From contig JAUZTB010000048.1 in assembly GCA_034780895.1 (NCBI GenBank), forward strand, positions 43,379,718 through 43,443,717: a stretch of 64,000 bases of DNA, given 5' to 3'. The stretch comes from Rhynchobatus australiae (lineage: Eukaryota). Positions 26,941-38,673 of this stretch are shown one piece after another; the stretch's first letter is position 1, and every line of letters begins with the position of its first letter. Under the pieces are notes generated by a model that was not told the DNA's origin, did no database searches, and saw only the letters and a program-made list of their open reading frames with translations. Made by a program: the position numbers and the translations under genes.

Positions 26941-28849
26941 CATCCTCCTTCTCCCCCACCACCACCTCCCCAATACAATTGTCAAAGAAAACTGTGCTGG
27001 ATCTCGTATCCCTTTCAAGATTGTTAAGCAGAGGCAAGTGCAATGACAAACACTAATAGGAAATTGGTGTAAGGGAGCAAGTTCAGGGGTGAAAGCTGGC
27101 AGGGCTGGAGATGATTGCATTTTGGCCAAGTTGGAATATACAAGGAATGGAAGGTAGGTCCACAAGGAGAACAGTAGTGTAATTCAGCTTGTGGCTGACT
27201 AGAACAAGATATTGTGATGGGCCAAGATGGTAAGAAGATGCCTGGGTGATGGTTCAAACCATCTTGCTTTCTAAGTGTCCAGATAATGAAGACTGTGGAA
27301 CATGTTCAGTCAGACAGGATGAGAGAGCTAAAGTTTCTGGAGTTTAATTTGCGTGATTTTAGTTAGCACAAGAATTTAGAAAACTGAGCTTTAGATTCAA
27401 TGCTGAATGTTGATTCAAGTGTTGGTGGTTGTTTAAAAGGTCTAAGGGTTGATCAAATTTGGGAATTTAAGGCTGTTATAGGGTTTAATTGGGTAGATGG
27501 AGAGAAATTATTTCCTTGTGGGGGAGGACAAAAGAAAGGGGGATGACTTTAAAATCCGCAGGGACAACATCAGGAAGCAAATCATCACAAAAGATAAGGG
27601 AAATCTAAACTTGCTTTCACACCACAAAACAGGTGGAATCAACTGAAAATTTACAAACTGTGATGAATAGGTTTGGTTAGGAATGGTTACAGAGCCAGTA
27701 CTGGTCATTCAAATGAAGGTGCAGAACACCCACGATCAAATTGAATTGAGGAACAGTACGGCCTCCTGTTCTTCAGTTCCTAAATAAGATTTTGAGAGTT
27801 TCTTACCATAGCCCCAGTTGTTGCAAAAACAAATGTTGGAATCTTCTAGGCAGGCACCACTGCTCTTTTTTTTCCCCAAAGGTGAAAGCACCTTGTTCTT
27901 GCTTGTCATAATGTGGAACTGTGGCATAGGGCAAAATAATTGTAACTTCAGAGCAAAGGGATATGGTCAACAATCTTGTGCAGATAACTTTTCTATTCTC
28001 ATCAACAACAACAAAGCATTACTGGCATTATCTAAGTTATCCCTGAATAACATGATGGACACTAGTAATGGTGAGTCAATCAGTAGCAGCTGTTTCCCCT
28101 CTTGGCTGCTTCTCCCAACCAAGTTATTTCGTTTTTGTACCAATATCCCCCATTAAATAATAAACTGTGATATTAAAAGATTTCACTAGGTTAAGCATCT
28201 TCACCCGGATTCTCTTTTTTTTTTCCCCCACTTCCCACCTTTTCGTTGCCCAAATGTTCATATCTGTGCTGTGTCCCTTTTGTTTCTTGTTCTGTGTGCA
28301 ATTCTGTGAATTGTNNNNNNNNNNNNNNNNNNNNNNNNNNNNNNNNNNNNNNNNNNNNNNNNNNNNNNNNNNNNNNNNNNNNNNNNNNNNNNNNNNNNNN
28401 NNNNNNNNNNNNNNNNNNNNNNNNNNNNNNNNNNNNNNNNNNNNNNNNNNNNNNNNNNNNNNNNNNNNNNNNNNNNNNNNNNNNNNNNNNNNNNNNNNNN
28501 NNNNNNNNNNNNNNNNNNNNNNNNNNNNNNNNNNNNNNNNNNNNNNNNNNNNNNNNNNNNNNNNNNNNNNNNNNNNNNNNNNNNNNNNNNNNNNNNNNNN
28601 NNNNNNNNNNNNNNNNNGAGTACAACCCTTCAGGAGATGGGTTCTAGCTTATCTGGGTCTCAGCCCTCTGACAGAAGGAACAGAGGCTACATCTGGCCCC
28701 AGTAAGATGAGAAGTATGAAGACCAGCATGTGACAGGATTGAAACTCAGTTGTACATTCAGGCCTGATCACAAAAATATCCTCATTATCTTATAATAAAT
28801 TAATTTGGTCCCTAAAGTAAACTACAATCTGTTTTGTGTATTTATTATG

Positions 28850-29170
28850 ACCCTGGAGGAGCCTATTCAGCCAATCAGGTCCATGCCAGTTTCCAGGGGA
28901 ATAGTCCCATTTTCCCCTTTCTTTATTTCCCTGTGTCCCTGCTCTCACTCACACCCAGTAAATTCCATTTTACTTCATTTTGGCATTAACGTATACCAGG
29001 GAGTAATTTCAAACAGCTTATTAACCTACCACTACATCTCTTGGATGTGAGAGGAAATCTGAGCACCTAGCGATGGACAGAATGTGCAGACTCTGCACAG
29101 ACAACACCCAAGGTTAGGATTGAACCTGGGTCCCAGGAGCTCTGAAGCAACAGCACTAACTGGTTTACCA
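28850..29170 (-). mobile_element. V-SINE (HE1-like), minus strand
   Basis: Reverse-complement B-box (gattgaacctgggtc) and V-domain (gaatgtgcagactctgcacagac). Confidence 0.65.
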
Positions 29171-32100
29171 CCACATCTCCCTGGGTGACCACCGTTAGCA
29201 GAGCTTCTCTCAACAGAAATTTTGGAGATAAAGGTGTATGGATTGAACAGATGAAAGCAGAACTTCCATCCCCAATTTCTCTCCACTTTGGGCCCCATTC
29301 TATTCTATTAAATCTGTGTTTTTAAAAATAGTGTCAAAAGCTGCACTATAACTCGGCTTCATACCAAGTATGTTTACTGGAAATGTAAAGTGTTTGGTCA
29401 GGATCCACAATAAGGTTATTCCCATTTCCCACAAATCCCCTCAACCCTCCCCACTGTCACCTTGGCCACCTTGGCTTTTTGAATTGTAAAATGTTTTGCC
29501 CAAAGTGTACTAAAATAATGTGTGTCTGATAGTATGAGCCTAAGTTATGGACGTCTTGTGACTGCTGATCCTTCTGTTGAATATTGTCATTTTTATATTC
29601 ATCAGACTGTAATAGATTAACATTAGTAAAAATAAATACCAATTAATTATAAAGTAGGTGGGCCTCCTGTAGTTTGAACTAGTCTCATCTAAAATGATAA
29701 AACCTTAATTAATTCTGATGGGGTTAGGTGTAATAATCACTGCCAATCAAAGCATGTAGGAGAAGAAATTTTAATGTCCGTGCATGTTTTTACTGAGTCA
29801 TGTGAGTAAATTTAATCCTAAATGTGATTGCTAATTGTGATCAGCACTCCATGCTGGAAGTTTAACCTCAGCCATATTATACATGATGCATTTAAGCACG
29901 GAGGTCATTGAGCACACAGCAGTGATAGTCAGCGACATGTAATGCATATTTGCCATTACTGCTGCAACAGTTATCTTCATGTATGTTTCAGGACATGTGT
30001 GAGCCTCCACTGAAAGAGCAGGCCTTAACAGGCAGAAGAAAGCCTGTTTCAGCAAAAGTTTATGGGCCAGTGCTTTGCTGAGCCNNNNNNNNNNNNNNNN
30101 NNNNNNNNNNNNNNNNNNNNNNNNNNNNNNNNNNNNNNNNNNNNNNNNNNNNNNNNNNNNNNNNNNNNNNNNNNNNNNNNNNNNTTTGCCTTCATTGTAA
30201 ACTGCAGTTTGAGCCAATTCCTTCTATCTGACCTTGACCCAGATGCATGTTGCTGGATGGGGTAGTGGACTTGGGACACTTTTTTTGCAGACACGTTATC
30301 TCAATTTTTGTGGAAAGAAGATGAACGTTTAATCACATCTTTGCAATCCTGAGACACAAATGGAATACTGGCTCGTTACTTTATCTCCGTATAATGTCCT
30401 CCAGAAGCCGCTACAGCATCCTTATTACACAAGAACCAAAAATTATTGTAACTGGCTCTTCAGTAAGACATTTTTGATGAAATGGTATGGTGCTAAATGC
30501 ATAATCAGTTAATTGAATTTAAGATTGGTTATGGGGCTCACATCACTCTTAATAGGCTATTGCTGGCTTTCTGCAAAACTGAAAGGCTGTTCAGATAAAA
30601 CTGCATGACTTAAGGTGTCTCAATACAGATTTCATGACATCATCACTCAAAGCTATTGGACTTGGATTGCAAATGTTATTGCTCCCTCCCTAACCCTATC
30701 ATGGCCCAGTAGGGGTTTGCTGAACTCCATTTAGGCAGGTAAGCAGTGCACTTGTTCTAGTCATGTCTATGCTGGGAGAGGAAAGATCTGATCCAGTTCC
30801 TGCACCTGACGTACCCATAAGCCCCAAGTGCAAGTTGAATAGTTGGGTGGGGCAGGGAGGAAGCAGTGTATCTATAGGTTTGCCAGCACTCTCTCTTGGT
30901 TGTCCTCTCTGGAACCTGGGTATGAGGGAGAGAAAAGAAATGCTATAGTTTCTGCCTTTCAATGAAGTGGAACTTTCCAAGAATGAATAAAAAATTCAAG
31001 TTTTCCATATTGGATCCCCACCTGCAGATATCCTCCATGTGTTTTGGATGGATGATCATCTCTGTTTGAACTCATCACACAAAACCATTATAACACTAAC
31101 TTCAACTGCAGTTTTATTTCGGCAGAATCACAACTGCTTTAGAACTGTTTACCACCACTGTGCAGCCACCAAGCTTTATTCTTGCAACCCCACCTACACC
31201 ATGGCCAACCTAGCCTACAAAGTCAGAGCCACCTATTGAATGAAATTAAGTCATGCCTTGTATTGTGTTTGAACATTGATAATTAATTGTAGGACCACAG
31301 GATTTAATGGCAGACCCTGCTATGTGTTGTTCAATCAGGTGAAAAATGGTCCATTCTTCTTTGAGATGTTCAGTGGTTCAGGAGGAATTCTAGTAGCATT
31401 TTGGGTTGATTGTCTTTTGATAGATATGTTTGTTCAACCTGTTGAAATCTACTTTTGCTGGTCGCATAGATTTTTGACAGTAATTAGTTTATTTTTCATA
31501 CGATTCTGATTTGGTATTTCCCGGTAAGCTAAGGAGAATTTAAAAATCCACAATCCAAGAAACGGGTTTTCCCACAATATCCCAGAAAGGTTTTAAAAAC
31601 TGTTCTAAGCTTATTTTCAAAAGCTAAATCTGTAGTGAGACACCTTCCAGAATCTGTAACATCTCAATAAATTGCAATCTTCTGCAGTATTGTTTCTGAA
31701 CAGAACCTTGAAAGTTCTATTGCTTGTTCATGCGAGTCTACATATAAACAATATGCAGTAATGCTCTATGTATATGGGCAACATTACTTTTTTTTTTGCT
31801 TTCAATTGGCCATTATTGAGCAGCTGAGCCAATTGCCTTCTGGTTTGGCCACTGGTATTCTTTTGGGCTCTTTTGCAGGTAATCCTATCGTCTCCAATGT
31901 TTAAGTAAGCCAATTGTGCTCACCATCATGTATGTCAAACAGGCATTTCCATAGAACCATCCAATGGAAAGAGTATAACAATTTAGTAATACAAAAACCC
32001 AGTTGTAGATCTGTTGGATTAGTATACAGCAGCAGAAGAAGGCGGCCTGTGACTAGGCTCGGAAAGTGGTCACCCTATAGTCTATTTTGTCTCTTCCTTA

Positions 32101-34250
32101 CATTAACTCCCTACCATCATCTCTGCAATTGGAATGCCTTCTACTATAATGTTTTGCACAGTCAGGTAATCTTCTAAAGATCATCAAATATTGGATATGC
32201 AATTGCCACCTGTGGAAAGTACCCCAAGGGAGCAAGCGCAAAGGTCAGTGTCTTCATTAGAACAAATGAAATAAGAGCGGGCCTATGTCAGTTGACCCTT
32301 GCCTGCTCTGTCATTCAGTAAGGTTGTGACTGATCTGATCTTGGCCTTGACTCCACTTTATTCTGGTCTCCCCATAAGCCTTGATTCCTCTCTAGACCAA
32401 AATCTGTCCATATCAACTTTGAATGTATACAATGACANNNNNNNNNNNNNNNNNNNNNNNNNNNNNNNNNNNNNNNNNNNNNNNNNNNNNNNNNNNNNNN
32501 NNNNNNNNNNNNNNNNNNNNNNNNNNNNNNNNNNNNNNNNNNNNNNNNNNNNNNNNNNNNNNNNNNNNNNNNNNNNNNNNNNNNNNNNNNNNNNNNNNNN
32601 NNNNNNNNNNNNNNNNNNNNNNNNNNNNNNNNNNNNNNNNNNNNNNNNNNNNNNNNNNNNNNNNNNNNNNNNNNNNNNNNNNNNNNNNNNNNNNNNNNNN
32701 NNNNNNNNNNNNNNNNNNNNNNNNNNNNNNNNNNNNNNNNNNNNNNNNNNNNNNNNNNNNNNNNNNNNNNNNNNNNNNNNNNNNNNNNNNNNNNNNNNNN
32801 NNNNNNNNNNNNNNNNNNNNNNNNNNNNNNNNNNNNNNNNNNNNNNNNNNNNNNNNNNNNNNNNNNNNNNNNNNNNNNNNNNNNNNNNNNNNNNNNNNNN
32901 NNNNNNNNNNNNNNNNNNNNNNNNNNNNNNNNNNNNNNNNNNNNNNNNNNNNNNNNNNNNNNNNNNNNNNNNNNNNNNNNNNNNNNNNNNNNNNNNNNNN
33001 NNNNNNNNNNNNNNNNNNNNNNNNNNNNNNNNNNNNNNNNNNNNNNNNNNNNNNNNNNNNNNNNNNNNNNNNNNNNNNNNNNNNNNNNNNNNNNNNNNNN
33101 NNNNNNNNNNNNNNNNNNNNNNNNNNNNNNNNNNNNNNNNNNNNNNNNNNNNNNNNNNNNNNNNNNNNNNNNNNNNNNNNNNNNNNNNNNNNNNNNNNNN
33201 NNNNNNNNNNNNNNNNNNNNNNNNNNNNNTTTGCATCATCACATTTACCCATAGTACACTTGGTCCCTTCATGTGCCATTAATATGGACTGCAAGTGGCT
33301 GAGGCCGTAGCACTGATCCCAGCGGCACCCAACTACTTGCAGTGAACATTAACGTCACTCTAAAAATGGTAAACACCATTGCACGATACTCTTCATTTCT
33401 GGAATCACATTATTGTTTAATGTAAAGGTTCACAAGCACTTTGGAAGTTATTGCCAATGGTATAGATCATGCATGATCAAATTGAATAGTGGAACTAGTT
33501 TGAAGGGTTAAATGGTCATCTCCTTTTCCGATACTATTGGATTCTTACTGGGTATAGAACCCAAGATCCTTTAGGTGGTAATCAGATGCTCAGTATGTGG
33601 TCATTTTAAAAATCATTTGGGATTCCTTTCATTGCAATCCTAGAAAAACCTGCCTTTCATTAAATTGTCAGCCAGATTTGTATCCTGCAATTTGCTGGAT
33701 GATCCCTTATTAAAATTAAGGTTTGAAGTTCTGGATATATATGGCTTCAAATCTGTAAAGTCTAATGTGCTCCCCTTGATCCCAGTGTGGAGTTGCACTG
33801 ATATCAGCTCATTCCTATATTATTCAGTGGAATGGTTCGTATGCAGATAATGGCAGTGGGAAGGGGGTGAAACCCATTTCATTTTGGCAGAATAGAGCAA
33901 ATTTCAGTGTTTGACTTTGAAGAACTGGATTGAAAAAATTTTTGGGCAAAATATTTTTAACTGAAGCTGCCCTGTCATGTAACAATCGCTCATTCTTTTT
34001 GTTCTGAAATTGGTCCATTGGTGTGGAGTACCTGGTCCTCCATTGTTAATATGCAGACTCAAGTCCTTTTGATTCTAAAGCTCAGATTAATGGCTACCAA
34101 ATTGTCACAGCCTCATTGCTACTGGGATGGGAGCAGTTTTCCTTTTTGAATGCTGTTCTTTGCTGCATGGGTTTATGAGCTTGTGCTGGTTTTGATCGCT
34201 TTNNNNNNNNNNNNNNNNNNNNNNNNNNNNCCCTCCCCTGTGGTGTGTGA

Positions 34251-34409
<159 letters not shown>

Positions 34410-34639
34410 TAATATTAACATTTCTTTCACTGCACACAATATACTTAAATGTGTGAACAATTGCTCTTGTAATTTCAACATGAAGTCACAGACTGACAGA
34501 ATCTGACCATTCTGGCTGCTTTCATCAACATTTAGCTGTTAAGTTTTCTGTACTCATCGCCTACTCCTTGCACATCTAACTAGAAACTAAGCTAAGCTAA
34601 AAACAAAAGTACTGGAAATGAACCAATTGTAATGAAGGG

Positions 34640-34840
34640 TGAAATAAAACACAGAATTCTGGAAGTATCAGCACTCAGCCAGTCAGGCAGCATCTGTGGA
34701 GAGAGAAATTCCTTTCATCAGTTGCCTTTGATTGATTTGAAACATTAACTCTGTTTTCCTCGCTCACCATAGATGCTGCCTGACTAGCTGAATATTTCCA
34801 ACATTTTATCTTTTACATCAGATGTCTGGCATCTGCAGAA
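34640..34840. mobile_element. Older fold-back PLE-derived element
   Basis: Inverted arms agtcaggcagcatct and agatgctgcctgact, with ttcatcag (minus CTGATGAA) and gaaacattaactct remnants between them. Confidence 0.65.
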
Positions 34841-37133
34841 TATTGTTCACATATTAAGGACAAGGAAGCTGTCTGTTAAAGACTGGGGGTCTAGAAACTG
34901 CAAAACTGCTCAGAAATTTGAATTTCAAGGTCCTGAGTATCATGGTGGAGCTGAAGCAGTTCATTTGGCAGTTGTTCATATGATATTTTGGTAGTTGAAA
35001 TTCTGTCTCGTTCTTGGTCAGATGGGTTTCTCTTGGATCGCAATAACTAGTGAAACCAGTGCTGTTTGACAAATCCCTGCATGGATAGGGTAAGCTGGTT
35101 GTCCCCATGTGCTGTGAGGAGAACTCCCATGGAGGGTTGTGAACAAGGGAAGGGGTGGCAAACAGTAGCATTTTTGTTTTTTCTTCCCTAGCCCCCCAAC
35201 TTCAATCCCTCTATTTAAAAAAAGTACAAAAATACATGTATAAAACACGAGGTCATGGATATACACACAAATACATTACCCTGTAATGTTAAGACTTGCG
35301 GCTGCGTTCCTCCCAAAACCAGCCAATTTAAATTCCTGCACTCACAGCTGAGTGTATGATGTTTTGTCTTGATCTGGGAGCTTTAGAGCACAGTGCTGGG
35401 TTGCAGTGCATATAACAGACTGACCTAAATAAATTGCAATCGGAACATTAAAGACCACCAGCAGCAGCATTGCTTCAGTCTATAACCTGCAGTGGCTGCG
35501 TTGCAAATCAGAGTTGTGGTCAAGAGGTGCTTTTATCTGCACTTGTGCATAAAAGTTTATCCACTCCTCTAACATTTAAATGAGTTCTGTTCCAATTTAT
35601 AAAATGCCCAGATTCTAATAGTTCCTACAGCACTTCCTGAAGCTAGGTACAGCACCACATTGGGAGGATAACTACATTGTACAAAGGTGTCTTTACATGC
35701 AACTTGCAAAATGGGTTACATCTGATATTTTTAGGTTTCTAGGAACTAGAAGGTTATATGCATTATTTGAGTGCGTGCTAGCTTTTAATAATTTATTTCA
35801 ATACAGCCTCTGCAGTTGCACAGCTGATGAATGCTTGATAGTTCTAGTGGTCAATCTGAGGTTTTTAAGACGATCACACCACCACCCAGTATCAGTCCAG
35901 GAACAGAGAATGTGCAGCATGCAAAAGCTGTAGTGTCCATGTGGCAATGAAATTCAAATCCAGCCCTAAAGCTCTGGGAGGTTTAGTAGGTCTTCATTTA
36001 CATAGTGAGCTCTGAACTGCACGACAATGTTAGTCTGCTGACCTGAGTACTCAGAAGTGGCCAAACTAAAACTTAATGTCTTCCCTAGTTCATACCCTCA
36101 CATTGTGTGAGAAGCATGCTTAGAATGCAGGTTTGTTTTGGACTGGGGTGTCACCTTGTGTAACTCGTGCTTGTTTTCTTTTGATCATCAACAAAAGACC
36201 ATGTAATTTCTTTCACACATTTTCTGTAATTTATTTTTCATTTATTTGTTCACTGGATGTGAAATTTGCTGGCGTCAGCATTTATTGCCCATCCTAAATA
36301 GCCCCTGAACATAGGCCAGATTGGGTAACAATGGCAGATTTTCTTCTGAAGAACATTAGTGATGTAGGTAGGTTTTTACAGTAAACTGATAGTTTAAGTT
36401 TACTCAGATTGACTTTCTTTTTCTAATTCCAGATTTATTTGATTACTTGAATTTCAATTCCTCAGCTCCCAGGGTGTGATTTGAACTCTTGTCCCTGGGT
36501 GACAGCCTATAATGTGTCAAAGTTGTACCAGTAGGCAGGATTTCAGTAATATTATATCTTGTATTGCACTCATGTCATTGACTGGACCTTGGCAAATTCT
36601 GGGGGACAATCTGTAACTGAGATGTAAGTCAATGTTTTGCATGCAGGTTGAGTTACATAATTGAATTTGTAAAATTTTAGGTATTTAATTTTCAAAGATA
36701 TAATGAATGCAAAATAAAAAATGGGAAATTGAATGCTATAACAATGGGTTCAAATAAAGCTGGGCTGAAGTGTTAAAATATTGAAGTCTGGAATATCCAT
36801 AGAGTTGTACAGCACAGAAACAGGCCCTTTGGCCCACCACATCCATGCCAACCTTTTAGCCCATCTACACTAATCCCATTTGTCTGCATTAAGTCTGTAT
36901 CCTTCTACACCTTGCCTATTCAAATGGGGAATTAGACAAAACTCTAACCAAGTATGGTGTTGGAATAAACCTGTAAGAAGGTGAACAAAGTGGAAGGAAC
37001 AGGGCCTTGTCATTGTTTCAAATTGACTTTTCCTATCTTGAGATGTTGAAACTTCAGCAGCCTCCCTTCCACCATCCTTCTTGCCTTCTTTATCAGCTGA
37101 TCATGGTTACTAATTGTTTGTTTTGTAAAACAG

Positions 37134-37316
37134 GTAAAGGTGAGCGTGGACTCATCAGACAGAAAGCGTGCAGTTAGTTCTGTGTGCGGCTACATCGTTT
37201 ACCAGTGTAGCCGGCCTGCTCCGTTTCATTCCCGAGACCTACACTCCATGATTGTGGCAGCCTTTCAGTGTCTCTGTGTCTGGCTCACAGAACATCCAGA
37301 CATGCTAAATGAAAAG
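37134..37316 (+). CDS. RALGAPB: RALGAPB coding exon: [61 protein letters not shown]
   Basis: aacAG / GTACTT; 183 nt, phase 0 to 0; ORF 37140..37367. Confidence 0.96.
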
Positions 37317-38521
37317 GTACTTTTGACACCAGGCAGGAAAGATCTATTATCATCATTTTTCTGGTAGTTTGAATGATTTGTAACAATTTGTGCTGTCAAT
37401 CTGTTGATCTTGCCTGTCACATTTCCCTACTTTTTTCCACCCACCATCACCATCTTCACTTGGGGATTGTTAGTAAGAATTAAGAGATTGGAGAACCACA
37501 GAACCTCCCTGGATTAGTTCAGAAATGATGACTCAGTCTTCATCTGTCTATGTCGTTAATACACACAGGTTTAAGAACGTAAGAAAATAGGAGCAAGATT
37601 ATGTCATTTGGCCCCTCAGACCTGACCTGCCATTCAATATGATCTTGTCTAATCTGCTCCGGGCCTTAATTCCCTCATCTTTCAAAAATGTATCTGTTCC
37701 TCTTTAAATTCCCCCAATAATCTATCCTCCAGTCAGCCTCAGGAGTAGAGAATTCCAGAGGTTCATCAGCCTCTGCAAGAAGTTGTTCCTACACTTTTTT
37801 AAACGACCACGCCTTGTCTTGTAACTATGTTCCCTCATTTGAGATTCTCCCTCCAGTGGAAATGCCACCACAGGATCTTGTATACTCAAAAAGATCCATT
37901 CCCGTTCTTTAAAACCTNNNNNNNNNNNNNNNNNNNNNNNNNNNNNNNNNNNNNNNNNNNNNNNNNNNNNNNNNNNNNNNNNNNNNNNNNNNNNNNNNNN
38001 NNNNNNNNNNNNNNNNNAACCTCCTGAACTAGACTGAAAATGTCAAATCAGTCTTCATCCAACTTCACCATTAATGTATGCCGATCTGGAGAATCTAGAA
38101 CCGGGAGTACAGTTTAAAAATTAGGGTTGACCATTTAAGACCAATGAGGAGAAATTTTTTCTGAGTGTTAATTTTGGAACTTTCTTCCTCAAAGCGTGAT
38201 GGAAGCGGAATCTTTGAATGTGTTTTAGGCAGAGGTAATTAGATTCTTGATAAGCAAAGGGCTGAAAGGTTTCAATGAGTAGATAGGAATGAGGAGTTAC
38301 GATTGCAGTCAGATCAGATGTGATATTAAATGGCAGAGCAGTCTTGAGAAATTCTTACACCTGCTGCAATTCATGTTTTCCGATATGAAGAGAATAATCA
38401 AAATCCTTGGCTCAACATTATTTACTTCAAAGATCAAGAGAATAGAGTGTTGTTGCATCACTTTAACTTGATCTTGGCTTGCTGCCTTTGTTTCAGTCTA
38501 ACTTTCTATCTGCTTTGTCAG

Positions 38522-38673
38522 GACTGCCTGATTGAGGTGCTGGAGATTGTGGAGTTGGGTATCTCAGGAAGCAAGTCAAAAACCAGTGATCAGGAGGTAC
38601 GATACAAGGGAGATAAGGAGCTGAACCCTGCTTCAATGCGAGTGAAGGATGCCGCTGAGGCTACACTTACTTG
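38522..38673 (+). CDS. RALGAPB: RALGAPB coding exon: [20 protein letters not shown]...[16 protein letters not shown](C)
   Basis: gtcAG / GTAAGA; 152 nt, phase 0 to 2. Confidence 0.96.
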
